64,000 nucleotides of DNA. It comes from Bacteroidales bacterium (lineage in GTDB: Bacteria > Bacteroidota > Bacteroidia > Bacteroidales > WCHB1-69). The stretch covers positions 93,155 through 157,154 of the forward strand of contig JAFZZK010000020.1 of NCBI GenBank assembly GCA_017615795.1, written 5' to 3'. Each line of letters starts with the position of its first letter. Position 1 is the first letter of the stretch. The translations under genes and the position numbers were made by a program. Under the pieces are notes generated by a model, which did not search any database, was not told the origin of the DNA, and saw nothing but the letters and a program-made list of their open reading frames with translations. Below, piece after piece: positions 51,969-61,294 of the stretch.

Positions 51969-53423
51969 TTATTTCAACAATCTGAAGAACTCAATGAGCA
52001 AGTCCCAACACATCTGGACGGTGTTGATTTCGAGTTTCTCGTCGGGAGAGTGAACGCCGCGCAGGGTCGGTCCGATGGAGACCATGTCAAGGCCGGGGTA
52101 CTTCTCAGAGAAGAGGCCGCACTCAAGGCCGGCATGTATTGCGAGCACCTGCGGGTCTTTGTGGAAAAGGTTTTTGTAGGCATCCACGAGCACCCGCAGC
52201 ACTTCGGAATTGGGGTTGGGTTCCCAGCCGGGATAACCATCGGTGGTGACCACGTCGGCCCCGATCATCCAGAAGGTGGTGGAGACTTTGTCGACGACAG
52301 CCTGCTTGCGGCTCTCCACGGAACTGCGCTGGCTGGTGGTGATGGTGATTTCATCATCCACTTTCTTGACGGAAGCAAGGTTGGTGGAGGTCTCCACGAA
52401 GCCCGGGATATCCTGCGACATGGCCTGCACGCCATGCGGACAGACGAGCAACGCGTTGAGCATGTCAATTTGGAAGGACTCTTCCAGCACCAGTTCCACC
52501 TTCTCAGCCTGCTCCAGCGTCACCATGACACCCGGGTCGGTGGTATGGAATTCTGACTTGTAGACAGCATCCATTTCCTGGACATATTGAGTGAACTCCT
52601 TCTCGCTTTGAGCGGGCACCGCCACGATGGCATAGCCTTCGCGGGCGATGGCGTTGCGCAGGTTGCCGGCTTGGATGTCGGCCACGCGCAAGTCGTAGTC
52701 CTGATAGGCATTCCAGAGCACGCGGGTAAGGAGCTTCACGGCATTGCCACGCCCCTTGTTGATGTCGTCGCCAGAGTGGCCGCCTTGCAAACCCTTGACC
52801 GTCACTTTGTAATAACGGGCATCGAAGTCCACCTTCTCATAGTCGCACTTGAGGGTGGCGATGGTGTCCTGGCCGCCGGCGCAGCCGATGAAGAACTGTC
52901 CTTCATCCTCGGAGTCGAGGTTGATGAGCATCTTGCCCGTCATGAATCCGGCTTCGAGGGCTTTGGCGCCCGTGAGCCCGGTTTCCTCGTCAATAGTAAA
53001 GAGGCATTCAATGGGACCGTGCTGCAAGTCGGGGTCGTCGAGAATGGCCAGTGCCATGGCCATGCCGATGCCATCGTCGGCGCCGAGAGTGGTACCCTTG
53101 GCCTTCAGCCATTCGCCGTCCACGTATGTTTGGATGCCATCCTTGTCGAAATCAAACGGGGTGTCTGCATTCTTCTCGCAAACCATGTCCATGTGGGCCT
53201 GGAAGATGACCGGAGTGACATTCTCCTTGCCCGGGGTTGCCGGCTTGGAGATGAGCACGTTGCCGACTTTGTCGCGCTTGGTGGGCAAACCCATTTTTTT
53301 GCCTGTGGCCTCAAGCCACTCGGATATCAAAGTCTCCTTCTTGGAAGGACGCGGAATTTTGGTGATTTCATTGAAATAGTAGAAAACCTTGGCCGGTTTC
53401 AAGCTGAGCATTTCTTCATTCAT
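51969..53423 (-). CDS. pepD: Aminoacyl-histidine dipeptidase (Xaa-His dipeptidase, M20C)
   Basis: 484 aa. P..V..YF..I..IPR.S..E and QAHMDMVCEKN, with overall PepD layout. Confidence 0.9.
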   Translation of the reverse strand: MNEEMLSLKPAKVFYYFNEITKIPRPSKKETLISEWLEATGKKMGLPTKRDKVGNVLISKPATPGKENVTPVIFQAHMDMVCEKNADTPFDFDKDGIQTYVDGEWLKAKGTTLGADDGIGMAMALAILDDPDLQHGPIECLFTIDEETGLTGAKALEAGFMTGKMLINLDSEDEGQFFIGCAGGQDTIATLKCDYEKVDFDARYYKVTVKGLQGGHSGDDINKGRGNAVKLLTRVLWNAYQDYDLRVADIQAGNLRNAIAREGYAIVAVPAQSEKEFTQYVQEMDAVYKSEFHTTDPGVMVTLEQAEKVELVLEESFQIDMLNALLVCPHGVQAMSQDIPGFVETSTNLASVKKVDDEITITTSQRSSVESRKQAVVDKVSTTFWMIGADVVTTDGYPGWEPNPNSEVLRVLVDAYKNLFHKDPQVLAIHAGLECGLFSEKYPGLDMVSIGPTLRGVHSPDEKLEINTVQMCWDLLIEFFRLLK

Positions 53424-53458
53424 AGCTATATAGTTTTGATGTTATATTTTCGCGGGGG

Positions 53459-53466
53459 CAAAGGTA
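53459..53466 (-). promoter_or_regulatory. -7 promoter box (TACCTTTG on minus strand) for pepD
   Basis: Plus-strand CAAAGGTA, 36 nt upstream of the ATG. Confidence 0.55.
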
Positions 53467-53477
53467 CAAAAAAATTG

Positions 53478-53485
53478 TATCTTTG
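53478..53485 (+). promoter_or_regulatory. -7 promoter box (TATCTTTG) for the MMPL-fusion gene
   Basis: Exact TAnnTTTG. It lies inside the 1490-aa track ORF, which therefore cannot be translated from its listed start. Confidence 0.55.
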
Positions 53486-53510
53486 CCGCTTAATTATAAA
53501 CCAATATTTT

Positions 53511-56500
53511 GTGAAGGATTTTTTCCTCAATATATATCGTTTCCTTGAACGGAAAAGGGCTCTAATGTGGTCTGTTTTGGCCATTCTCACCGTGCTATTT
53601 GTCCTGAGTGCCTTGCGGTTATCCTTTGTGGAGGACATTGGCAATTTTCTTCCCAGCAGCAAACAAAACGAGCGTGTAAACTATGCCTATGCCCATTTAG
53701 GCGGTGACAACAAGATTGTAGTCAACATTGGCATGGCGGACACCACCGCAGAGCCGGACCTCAGCCTGTTGGCTGAGAGCGCCGACCTTTTGGCGGAGCA
53801 TCTCACTGAAGCCGACACTGCCGGTCTTGTCAAGGAGCTGCTATGCGGCATGGACGAAAGCCAGATTTCAGAAGTCACCACATTCATCGTCGAGAACATG
53901 CCTTACTTCCTCACGGAGGAGGATTATGCGCGCATGGACACGTTGCTCACACCGGAGCACATATCGCAACAGCTGGTACAAGACAAGCAGCTGCTCGGAT
54001 CGCCCGTGCCCATGATGCGCGATGTGCTGCAACGCGACCCACTATTCTTTTCGTCGCGTCTGCTGCAATCGCTCCAGGCTTTCCGCCCCGACGACCGCTA
54101 TCACGTGGAAGACGGCCACATTTTCGACAAGGCCGGCCGCGAGGCCCTGCTCGTGGTCACCTCCAACTTCCCCTTGAGTGAAACCCTGCACAACGGCGAG
54201 TTGCTAAAGCTCATCGACAAAGCATGCCACGACGTGGAGCAAGAGATGAAGGGACAGGTCCGCATTCACAGTTTTGGAGCCTCACAAGTGTCGCTCACCA
54301 ATTCCACACAAATCAAGCGCGACAGTTTCTTGGCGCTCGGACTGGCCTTTGTGCTCATCCTAGCTCTGCTCATCTACTATTACCGCAATGCCCGCAGCAT
54401 CGTGCTCATCTTTGTCTCCATCCTTTTCGGGGGCCTGTTCGCCATCGGTGTCATCGCCCTGTTCAAGAGCACGGTGTCGCTCATCGCCATAGGGGTAGCC
54501 TCCATCATCTTCGGCATTGCCATCAACTACCCCATCCATTTCTTGTCGCATTTCAAGCGCACGGACGACAAGGAGCAGATCATCCGCGAGATTGTCACGC
54601 CCTTGCTGATTGGCAACATCACTACGGTGGGCGCGTTTTTGAGCCTGCTGTTCATCAGCTCACCCGCAATGAAGGATCTCGGACTATTCGCCGCCCTCCT
54701 ATTGGTGGGCACCATCCTGTTCGTGCTGATATTCCTGCCTCATCTGATGGGCAACCACTTTCAGGGCAAGGACCGCGATTTGGCTTTCCGGCGCGTGGCG
54801 GAGGCACGTCCCGAGAACATCCCGGGCATCTTCTGGATAGTGCTGGTCATCACCATCGTGCTTGCCTTCTTCGGCAAGCGCACCTCCTTCGACACCAATA
54901 TGCACCATATCAACTACATGACCAAAGAGCAGCAGCAGGAGTTCAACAAATTGCTTGCCGAAGCCGACACCACGGTACAGACCCTGTACTGTATAGCCGA
55001 GGGAAAGAACCTGCAAGAGGCCCTGATACACAATGAGACGGTGCAAGAACAATTAATGCGGCTCACGGAAGCCGACAGCATCCAAAACGTCAGCGGCATC
55101 GGCACCTATCTGCCCTCACAAATGCTGCAACAAAAGCGCATTGCACGCTGGAACGATTTCTGGGCAGAACGCCGCGATAAATTCTGCCACGATCTCGACG
55201 CAGCCGCCACTGCCAACGGTTTCCGTCCTGAAGCCTTCCAACCCTGCAAGGAGATCGTGATGAACACTTTCACCTCCCAACACGACGAACACTTCAGCAT
55301 CATCCGCCAACAATTAGCCGCCAACTATATCAGCGAGGAAAACGGACGGGTGATGATCTACAACATCCTGCAAGTCAAGAAAGAGAATGCTGAATCCATA
55401 GAGCAGGCACTCAACAATGGCGACTCAGAGCATTTCGCCTTTACCGAGAGCTCCATCGCGGCCCGCCTTGTGGATGCCCTCTCCCACGACTTTGACTACG
55501 TGCTCTACATCTGCGGCATCATCGTCTTCGTATTCCTCTTTTTCACCTTCGGACGCTTAGAAATCAGCATCTTGGCTTTCCTGCCGCTCTTCACTGCCTG
55601 GATTTGGATCTTAGGCATCATGGGCATTGCTAACCTTCATTTCAACATCGTCAACATCATCTTGGCCACTTTCATCTTCGGCATGGGTGACGATTATTCC
55701 ATTTTTGTCACGGAAGGCCTGATCCACGAATACACCTACGGGCGCAAGATGCTGTCGCAGTTCAAGAACAGCATCATACTGTCGGCCTCCATCATGTTCA
55801 TCGGCATCGGCATGCTGATTTTTGCCAAGCATCCCGCCCTGCGCTCTTTGGCGCAAGTCACGGTCATCGGCATGCTCACTGTCGTGCTGATGGCATATAT
55901 CATTCCGCCTGTGGTCTTCAAGTGGCTGACCACGTCAAAGGGCAAGCTCCGCAAACATCCCGTCACTTGGAAAAACATCCTCTCCGACCTCATCGCCTTC
56001 CCCTATTTCTTCCTTGGCGTATCGGTGCTTTCCCTCGGTGGTTTCTTCCTGCTCCGCATAGGAGGGCGTACCGACAAGCACAAACTTTTATATCACAAGT
56101 TATTGCGGCATCTCTTGGAGTCGACGGCCCGAATCATTCCCAACTCAACCTACAAGATTCTCAATCCAAACGGGGAGGCCTTTGTGAAACCCGCCATCAT
56201 CATCAGCAACCACCAGTCGCATTTCGACCTGCTCTACCTGCTCTCCCTGACACCCAACGTCATTGCCCTGACCAACGACTGGGCTTGGAACATGCCCCTT
56301 TACCGTCGCATCTTACGCAACGGCGACTATCTCCCTGCCTCCTACGGGATGGACTCCAACCTTCCCAAATTGAAAGCCATGGTGGACAAAGGTTACTCCA
56401 TCCTCATCTTCCCCGAAGGGACACGGTCGGTTGACAAATCCATCCTGCGGTTCCATCAGGGTGCTTTCTATCTTGCTGAGGAACTGGGACTTGATATCCT

Positions 56501-57059
56501 GCCAATCGTCACCCACGGCATCGGGGACATATTCCCGAAGCACGACCCTTTCATCCACAAGGGCGACGTCACCATCTCCATCCGGGAGCGCATCCCGGCC
56601 AACGACGAGCGTTTCCGTGCCGGCAAGAGTGCCTTGGAGACCGCCCGTGCCTTCCGTCAGTATTATATTGAGGAGTACGATGAAATGAGAGACCGTTTCG
56701 AGACAATGGGCTATCTTTCCGATTTAGTGCAAGACAACTACATATACAAAGGGAAAAACGTGGAGAACGGCTGCCGCCGCAAGTTATCCCAGTTATGCTG
56801 GTTAGGCAATGCCTTAGACCAGGTGCCACAAGGCAAACGGGTACTCTATAAAAACTGCGGCAATGGCGAGCTTTCCCTGATGACTGCCCTCTACCGCCGC
56901 GACCTGGTTGTCACGGCCTACGACCCCGATCCTGACAGCATCGACATCGCCTCACACTGTGCCGCCGTGCCCGACAACCTGCACTACACGCACAAACTCC
57001 CGCAAGAGACAAACTTCGACCATACTATTGACGAACTCGACATTCTAGACCAAGCATGA
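53511..57059 (+). CDS. Tri-domain fusion: MMPL/RND-type transporter + lysophospholipid (PlsC-type) acyltransferase + class I SAM methyltransferase-like domain
   Basis: Start proposed at the in-frame GTG 53511 (VKDFFLNIYRFLERKRAL...); the first ATG is at 53565. There are two 5-6 TM bundles with large loops. The acyltransferase has NHQSHFD (HX4D) and FPEGTRS. The C-terminus VLYKNCGNGELSL...DLVVTAYDPD resembles methyltransferase motifs I and II. Confidence 0.8.
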   Translation: MKDFFLNIYRFLERKRALMWSVLAILTVLFVLSALRLSFVEDIGNFLPSSKQNERVNYAYAHLGGDNKIVVNIGMADTTAEPDLSLLAESADLLAEHLTEADTAGLVKELLCGMDESQISEVTTFIVENMPYFLTEEDYARMDTLLTPEHISQQLVQDKQLLGSPVPMMRDVLQRDPLFFSSRLLQSLQAFRPDDRYHVEDGHIFDKAGREALLVVTSNFPLSETLHNGELLKLIDKACHDVEQEMKGQVRIHSFGASQVSLTNSTQIKRDSFLALGLAFVLILALLIYYYRNARSIVLIFVSILFGGLFAIGVIALFKSTVSLIAIGVASIIFGIAINYPIHFLSHFKRTDDKEQIIREIVTPLLIGNITTVGAFLSLLFISSPAMKDLGLFAALLLVGTILFVLIFLPHLMGNHFQGKDRDLAFRRVAEARPENIPGIFWIVLVITIVLAFFGKRTSFDTNMHHINYMTKEQQQEFNKLLAEADTTVQTLYCIAEGKNLQEALIHNETVQEQLMRLTEADSIQNVSGIGTYLPSQMLQQKRIARWNDFWAERRDKFCHDLDAAATANGFRPEAFQPCKEIVMNTFTSQHDEHFSIIRQQLAANYISEENGRVMIYNILQVKKENAESIEQALNNGDSEHFAFTESSIAARLVDALSHDFDYVLYICGIIVFVFLFFTFGRLEISILAFLPLFTAWIWILGIMGIANLHFNIVNIILATFIFGMGDDYSIFVTEGLIHEYTYGRKMLSQFKNSIILSASIMFIGIGMLIFAKHPALRSLAQVTVIGMLTVVLMAYIIPPVVFKWLTTSKGKLRKHPVTWKNILSDLIAFPYFFLGVSVLSLGGFFLLRIGGRTDKHKLLYHKLLRHLLESTARIIPNSTYKILNPNGEAFVKPAIIISNHQSHFDLLYLLSLTPNVIALTNDWAWNMPLYRRILRNGDYLPASYGMDSNLPKLKAMVDKGYSILIFPEGTRSVDKSILRFHQGAFYLAEELGLDILPIVTHGIGDIFPKHDPFIHKGDVTISIRERIPANDERFRAGKSALETARAFRQYYIEEYDEMRDRFETMGYLSDLVQDNYIYKGKNVENGCRRKLSQLCWLGNALDQVPQGKRVLYKNCGNGELSLMTALYRRDLVVTAYDPDPDSIDIASHCAAVPDNLHYTHKLPQETNFDHTIDELDILDQA

Positions 57060-58555
57060 ACCAGAACAAATACGACATCGCGATACTGGGCACCGGCCTC
57101 GGAGGGTTGGTCTGCGGCTACATCCTCAGCAAGAATGGCTTCAAAGTGCTGCTGTTGGAGAAGGAATCCCAGATTGGGGGATGCCTGCAGACTTTCCGCC
57201 GTTTCGGCATCAAGTTCGACACTGGCATGCACTACATCGGCAGCATGCTGGAGGGGCAAATCCTGCACCGCCTGTTCGATTACCTGCGCCTGACCGACCG
57301 CGTGCCGCTACAACGGCTCGACGAGCAGGGCTACGACCTCTTCTCCATCGCAGGGCGACAATACCGGTACGCCTCCGGCTACGACGCTTTTGTGGAGACG
57401 CTGGCCGAGAGCTTCCCCCACAACCATCATGACATTGAAAAATACGTGGCCGGATTACGCGCCATTGCAAATGCATCCCCCCTTTACAACCTCCGCAAGG
57501 TGGAGGATAACGTGTTCATCGAGGCCGACTACATCAAGACGAGTGTCAACGATTTCATTGCCGGCATCACTGACAACCGCGAGTTGCAGAACGTACTGGC
57601 CGGCAACCTGCCCTTGTATGCCGGAGTAAAGGACAAGACACCAACCTACATCCACGCGTTGATCAACAACTTCTATATCCAAAGCGCATGGCGCATCATT
57701 GGGGGCAGTGACATCATTGCGAACTCGTTAGCCGACTCCATCCGTGCCTTCGGAGGGGAGATCCGCACCAAAAACGAGATCGTCGAGATTGTATGCGATG
57801 ACAAGCACGCCGTGGGCGTGCGACTCGCCACTGGTGAATATGTCGAAGCCGACTCCTTCATCTCCAACATCCACCCGCAGGCCATGCTGAACCTGCTCGA
57901 CACGCATCTTATCCGCAAGGCATACCGCGCCCGCATCAACGACCTTGACAACACCATCGCCAACTTCACCCTCTATATCAAGTTCAAGGAGAAAGCCACG
58001 CCCTATCTCAACTACAACTACTATTACTACGAAAACGACGACGTATGGCAGTCCACTGACCGGCAAGCCGGCGACAAACTGCGCAGTTATCTGTTCATGC
58101 ACCAATGTGCCGAGCAAAACCAGAAATGGGCGCAAAGCGCTGAAATGATCGGCTACATGAAGTTCGATGAGGTGGCGCAATGGGCAGACACCACACGCGG
58201 GCACCGCGGCGAAGCCTACAAGGAGTTCAAGGAACGCACCGCCGAGCACTATCTTAGCATCTTGGAACAATCGTTTCCCGGCATCCGCAGCACGATTGAG
58301 GGTTACGAAACCTCCTCTCCCCTCACCTATCGCGACTACACCGCTACGCAAAACGGTTCCATGTACGGCATCATCCGCGACAAGAACTTCCCCACACAGA
58401 CACTCGTTTCGCAACGCACTAAAATCCCCAATCTATTCCTAACCGGCCAGAACATCAACTCGCACGGCATCCTCGGCGTCACCATCGGAGCAGCCCTCAC
58501 CTGCGCCGAGTTTCTGGGGCTCAACAAAATCATTGATGAAATCGAGAGTTACTGA
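57056..58555 (+). CDS. FAD-dependent oxidoreductase, phytoene-desaturase (CrtI)-like
   Basis: 499 aa. N-terminal dinucleotide fold YDIAILGTGLGGLVCGYILSKNGFKVLLLEKESQIGG. ATGA overlap with the upstream stop. Confidence 0.8.
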   Translation: MNQNKYDIAILGTGLGGLVCGYILSKNGFKVLLLEKESQIGGCLQTFRRFGIKFDTGMHYIGSMLEGQILHRLFDYLRLTDRVPLQRLDEQGYDLFSIAGRQYRYASGYDAFVETLAESFPHNHHDIEKYVAGLRAIANASPLYNLRKVEDNVFIEADYIKTSVNDFIAGITDNRELQNVLAGNLPLYAGVKDKTPTYIHALINNFYIQSAWRIIGGSDIIANSLADSIRAFGGEIRTKNEIVEIVCDDKHAVGVRLATGEYVEADSFISNIHPQAMLNLLDTHLIRKAYRARINDLDNTIANFTLYIKFKEKATPYLNYNYYYYENDDVWQSTDRQAGDKLRSYLFMHQCAEQNQKWAQSAEMIGYMKFDEVAQWADTTRGHRGEAYKEFKERTAEHYLSILEQSFPGIRSTIEGYETSSPLTYRDYTATQNGSMYGIIRDKNFPTQTLVSQRTKIPNLFLTGQNINSHGILGVTIGAALTCAEFLGLNKIIDEIESY

Positions 58556-58591
58556 AAAATAAAAACAGAGTCTTAATTCAGAACATTTTAT

Positions 58592-58599
58592 TATCTTTG
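58592..58599 (+). promoter_or_regulatory. -7 promoter box (TATCTTTG), internal promoter before the radical SAM gene
   Basis: Exact TAnnTTTG, 44 nt upstream of the ATG. Confidence 0.5.
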
Positions 58600-58642
58600 C
58601 ATTTTCAAAATAAAAACAAATTTTAATCACACATAGCCCACA

Positions 58643-59947
58643 ATGAAACTGAAACTCATCTATCCCAAATGGAACAAGCTGCCTGGCCAAACCACTTTCA
58701 ACCTGCCGCCGCACGGTCCCGTGGTCTTCGCCGCCACACTGCCGGAATACGTCGATGTCTCCTTCACTGACGAGAATGTAGAGGCTCTCGACATGGACGA
58801 GGAATGCGACGTGGTGGCCATCAGCATGATGCTCACGACGCAGGTAAAACGCGGATGGGCCATTGCCGACGCCTATCGTGCCAAGGGTATTCCCGTGATG
58901 TTCGGAGGCATCTCCACCATGTTGCACGCCGAGGAGACCCTGCAACATGCCGACTCCGTCTTCCTTGGTGAATCTGAAGGGCGCATGGAGCAAGTGATGG
59001 ATGACCTTCGGAACCACAAGCTCAAGAAAGTCTACAACTTTATGGGGCATCAGCCCGACATCGCCTTGGTAGGCCCGGCCCGTCGTGACCTCTATAAACG
59101 CGAGCTTTACAACCACAAGGGCGTGCAGATGGTCGACCTCTTCCACGCTTCCCGCGGATGCCGCTTCAGCTGCTACCCCTGCGCCGTCTCATACCTCGGC
59201 GGACGCTGCTTCCGTCCAAGGCCCATCGACAAGACCATCGCCGACCTGGAGACCATCGACAACAACCGTCTCTTCATCGTCGACAACTCCTTGGCGCAGA
59301 ACAAACAATGGGAAATGGACCTCTTCCGCGAGATGATCCCCCTCAAGAAGAAGTGGATCAGCCATACCATCGAAGACGACCCGCAAGTGCTCGACCTCGC
59401 CGCCCAAGCCGGTGCGTGGTACGTGTACCAAGCCGTCTATGACACCTCCGACTACATCAAGGAGCGCGTGAAACGCTATCACGACTACGGCATCGGCGTG
59501 GAAGGCACCATCCTGTTCGGCCTTGACAACCAAACCGAGGACGACATTCTCCGCCTCATCGACTTCCTCCTCAAAATCGACCTCGACCTCGCCGAGTTCA
59601 CCATCCTCGCCCCCTTCCCGCACACCAAGGCTTACGACGATCTCATGCGACAAGGGCGCATCTTCGACCACGACTGGGACCACTACAACGCCGGACAGGT
59701 CGTCTACCAGCCCAAGCACATGAGCCCCGAACGCCTGCAGGAACTCTATGAATACGCCTGGCACGCCTTCTACCAGGACGAGACACAGGAGGAGAAAATG
59801 TTCAAACTCTTCACACAGGTCATGCTCCGCGAAATGGAGGACGGCACCTACCGCCCCCGCAACCGGAAACTCGCCAACAAGAGTTTCGGCAAGGACGTCG
59901 ACCGCAGCAAGAGCCATTTCAACGAATTTCAAACAAAAGCACAATAA
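58643..59947 (+). CDS. B12-binding-domain radical SAM protein
   Basis: 434 aa. N-terminal Rossmann-like cobalamin-domain layout (DVVAISMM...GIPVMFGG). CxxxCxxC cluster motif ASRGCRFSCYPC. Confidence 0.8.
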   Translation: MKLKLIYPKWNKLPGQTTFNLPPHGPVVFAATLPEYVDVSFTDENVEALDMDEECDVVAISMMLTTQVKRGWAIADAYRAKGIPVMFGGISTMLHAEETLQHADSVFLGESEGRMEQVMDDLRNHKLKKVYNFMGHQPDIALVGPARRDLYKRELYNHKGVQMVDLFHASRGCRFSCYPCAVSYLGGRCFRPRPIDKTIADLETIDNNRLFIVDNSLAQNKQWEMDLFREMIPLKKKWISHTIEDDPQVLDLAAQAGAWYVYQAVYDTSDYIKERVKRYHDYGIGVEGTILFGLDNQTEDDILRLIDFLLKIDLDLAEFTILAPFPHTKAYDDLMRQGRIFDHDWDHYNAGQVVYQPKHMSPERLQELYEYAWHAFYQDETQEEKMFKLFTQVMLREMEDGTYRPRNRKLANKSFGKDVDRSKSHFNEFQTKAQ

Positions 59948-59956
59948 TCCATATTC

Positions 59957-60316
59957 ATGAAAGTACCCGAAAGATACTACGACGAAATTTTTGCTTTTGC
60001 CGGGCAGTGGGACATGCCCAGCAGCTGCGGACTGAAAATCATCCGCAAGCCCGAGAAGACCTACGTGATTGTCACGGAACTCTATCAGGACAACCCCGGC
60101 ACGTCCGTGACATACGCAGGCGTGTCGCTGGCCAACCAAATCTGTGAAAAGAAAGGGCTCAACCTCGCCGACATCACGTATGTGGAATGCAACCCGAACA
60201 CCAATTCCAAACTCTCGTTCTATGACGAAGAATATTTCGAAGTCACCTTTGTTGAAGGCGTACCGCCCCAATACCGACAACTCGACAAGGAAGAGGTGAA
60301 AGCCATGTTGGAATAG
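59957..60316 (+). CDS. Hypothetical small protein in the lipid cluster
   Basis: 119 aa, 9 nt after the radical SAM stop. No motif recognised. Confidence 0.5.
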   Translation: MKVPERYYDEIFAFAGQWDMPSSCGLKIIRKPEKTYVIVTELYQDNPGTSVTYAGVSLANQICEKKGLNLADITYVECNPNTNSKLSFYDEEYFEVTFVEGVPPQYRQLDKEEVKAMLE

Positions 60317-60349
60317 TCCCAAACACCATCCTCAAAGAACCAAACGACA

Positions 60350-61207
60350 ATGAAAAGACTCATACAGATAATCTTATTGGTACTGATGGCGGGCTGCGCT
60401 TCATCCCAGCCCAAGCCGATGGCCCTGTGGAAAAATGTGTCCGGCATGAAGGGCAAGCCCACCAAATTGTATGCCTATCCTGCACCCAAGGAGAACAACC
60501 ACGGCTATGTGGTCATCATCTGTCCGGGCGGAAGCTACGCCCACACCATGGGCATCGCCACCGAGGGCTTTGCCGTGGCTGAATGGCTCAACAGCCAAGG
60601 CATCAATGCCTTCGTGCTCAAGTACCGTACTGGTTCACAAGGCTATCACCATCCTGCCATGTTGGAGGATGTGCAGATGGCCATCCACTATGTGCGCGAG
60701 CACGCCAAAGAGTACGGCTACGACCCGCACAAGCTCGGCGTGATGGGCTTCTCCGCCGGCGGGCATCTCGCTCTCATGAGCGGATCCTTGTCCAAAGAAA
60801 ACCACATCTCCAAGTATGGATTCAAGGACAACATCTCGCTGCGCCCCGACTTCGTCGTGCCCATCTATCCTGTTGTCACCATGAAGGGCGACATCGTGCA
60901 TCAGCGTTCCCGCAAAAACCTGCTCACCCGCAAACGCACCCCCGAGATGGAGACCAAGTTTTCCATGGAGCTGAACATCCCGCGCGACATGCCCCCCACC
61001 TTTGTGGCCACCGCCAAGGACGACCCCGTGGTGGACTATCGCAACAGCGTGCAACTCGACCATTCTCTCAGCAAGGCTCAAATACCGCACCAATTCATGC
61101 TCTTCGAGACGGGCGGCCATGGCTACGGCATGAGCGAGAAACTTGCCCCGGAAGCCGGCAAATGGAAGAACACCTTCCTCAAATGGTTAGGATCTCTAAA
61201 ACTATAA
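60350..61207 (+). CDS. Alpha/beta-hydrolase (esterase/lipase) lipoprotein
   Basis: Lipobox VLMAGC. The HGGG-like stretch reads CPGGSY. Nucleophile elbow GFSAGGH. C-terminal His (GGHGYG). Confidence 0.8.
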   Translation: MKRLIQIILLVLMAGCASSQPKPMALWKNVSGMKGKPTKLYAYPAPKENNHGYVVIICPGGSYAHTMGIATEGFAVAEWLNSQGINAFVLKYRTGSQGYHHPAMLEDVQMAIHYVREHAKEYGYDPHKLGVMGFSAGGHLALMSGSLSKENHISKYGFKDNISLRPDFVVPIYPVVTMKGDIVHQRSRKNLLTRKRTPEMETKFSMELNIPRDMPPTFVATAKDDPVVDYRNSVQLDHSLSKAQIPHQFMLFETGGHGYGMSEKLAPEAGKWKNTFLKWLGSLKL

Positions 61208-61294
61208 TGATTCCTGATGCAACTGCCAAAATCGATGGAGCAGGAATCCCTACAATATTATAATATATAGTATCGGCCCTAAAAACAGACTCCC

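Noticed and set aside
52587-53510. First 308 codons of the 1490-aa ORF
   Set aside because: This part is antisense to pepD and crosses the divergent promoter boxes at 53459..53466 and 53478..53485. Recognisable transporter sequence starts only after 53511.
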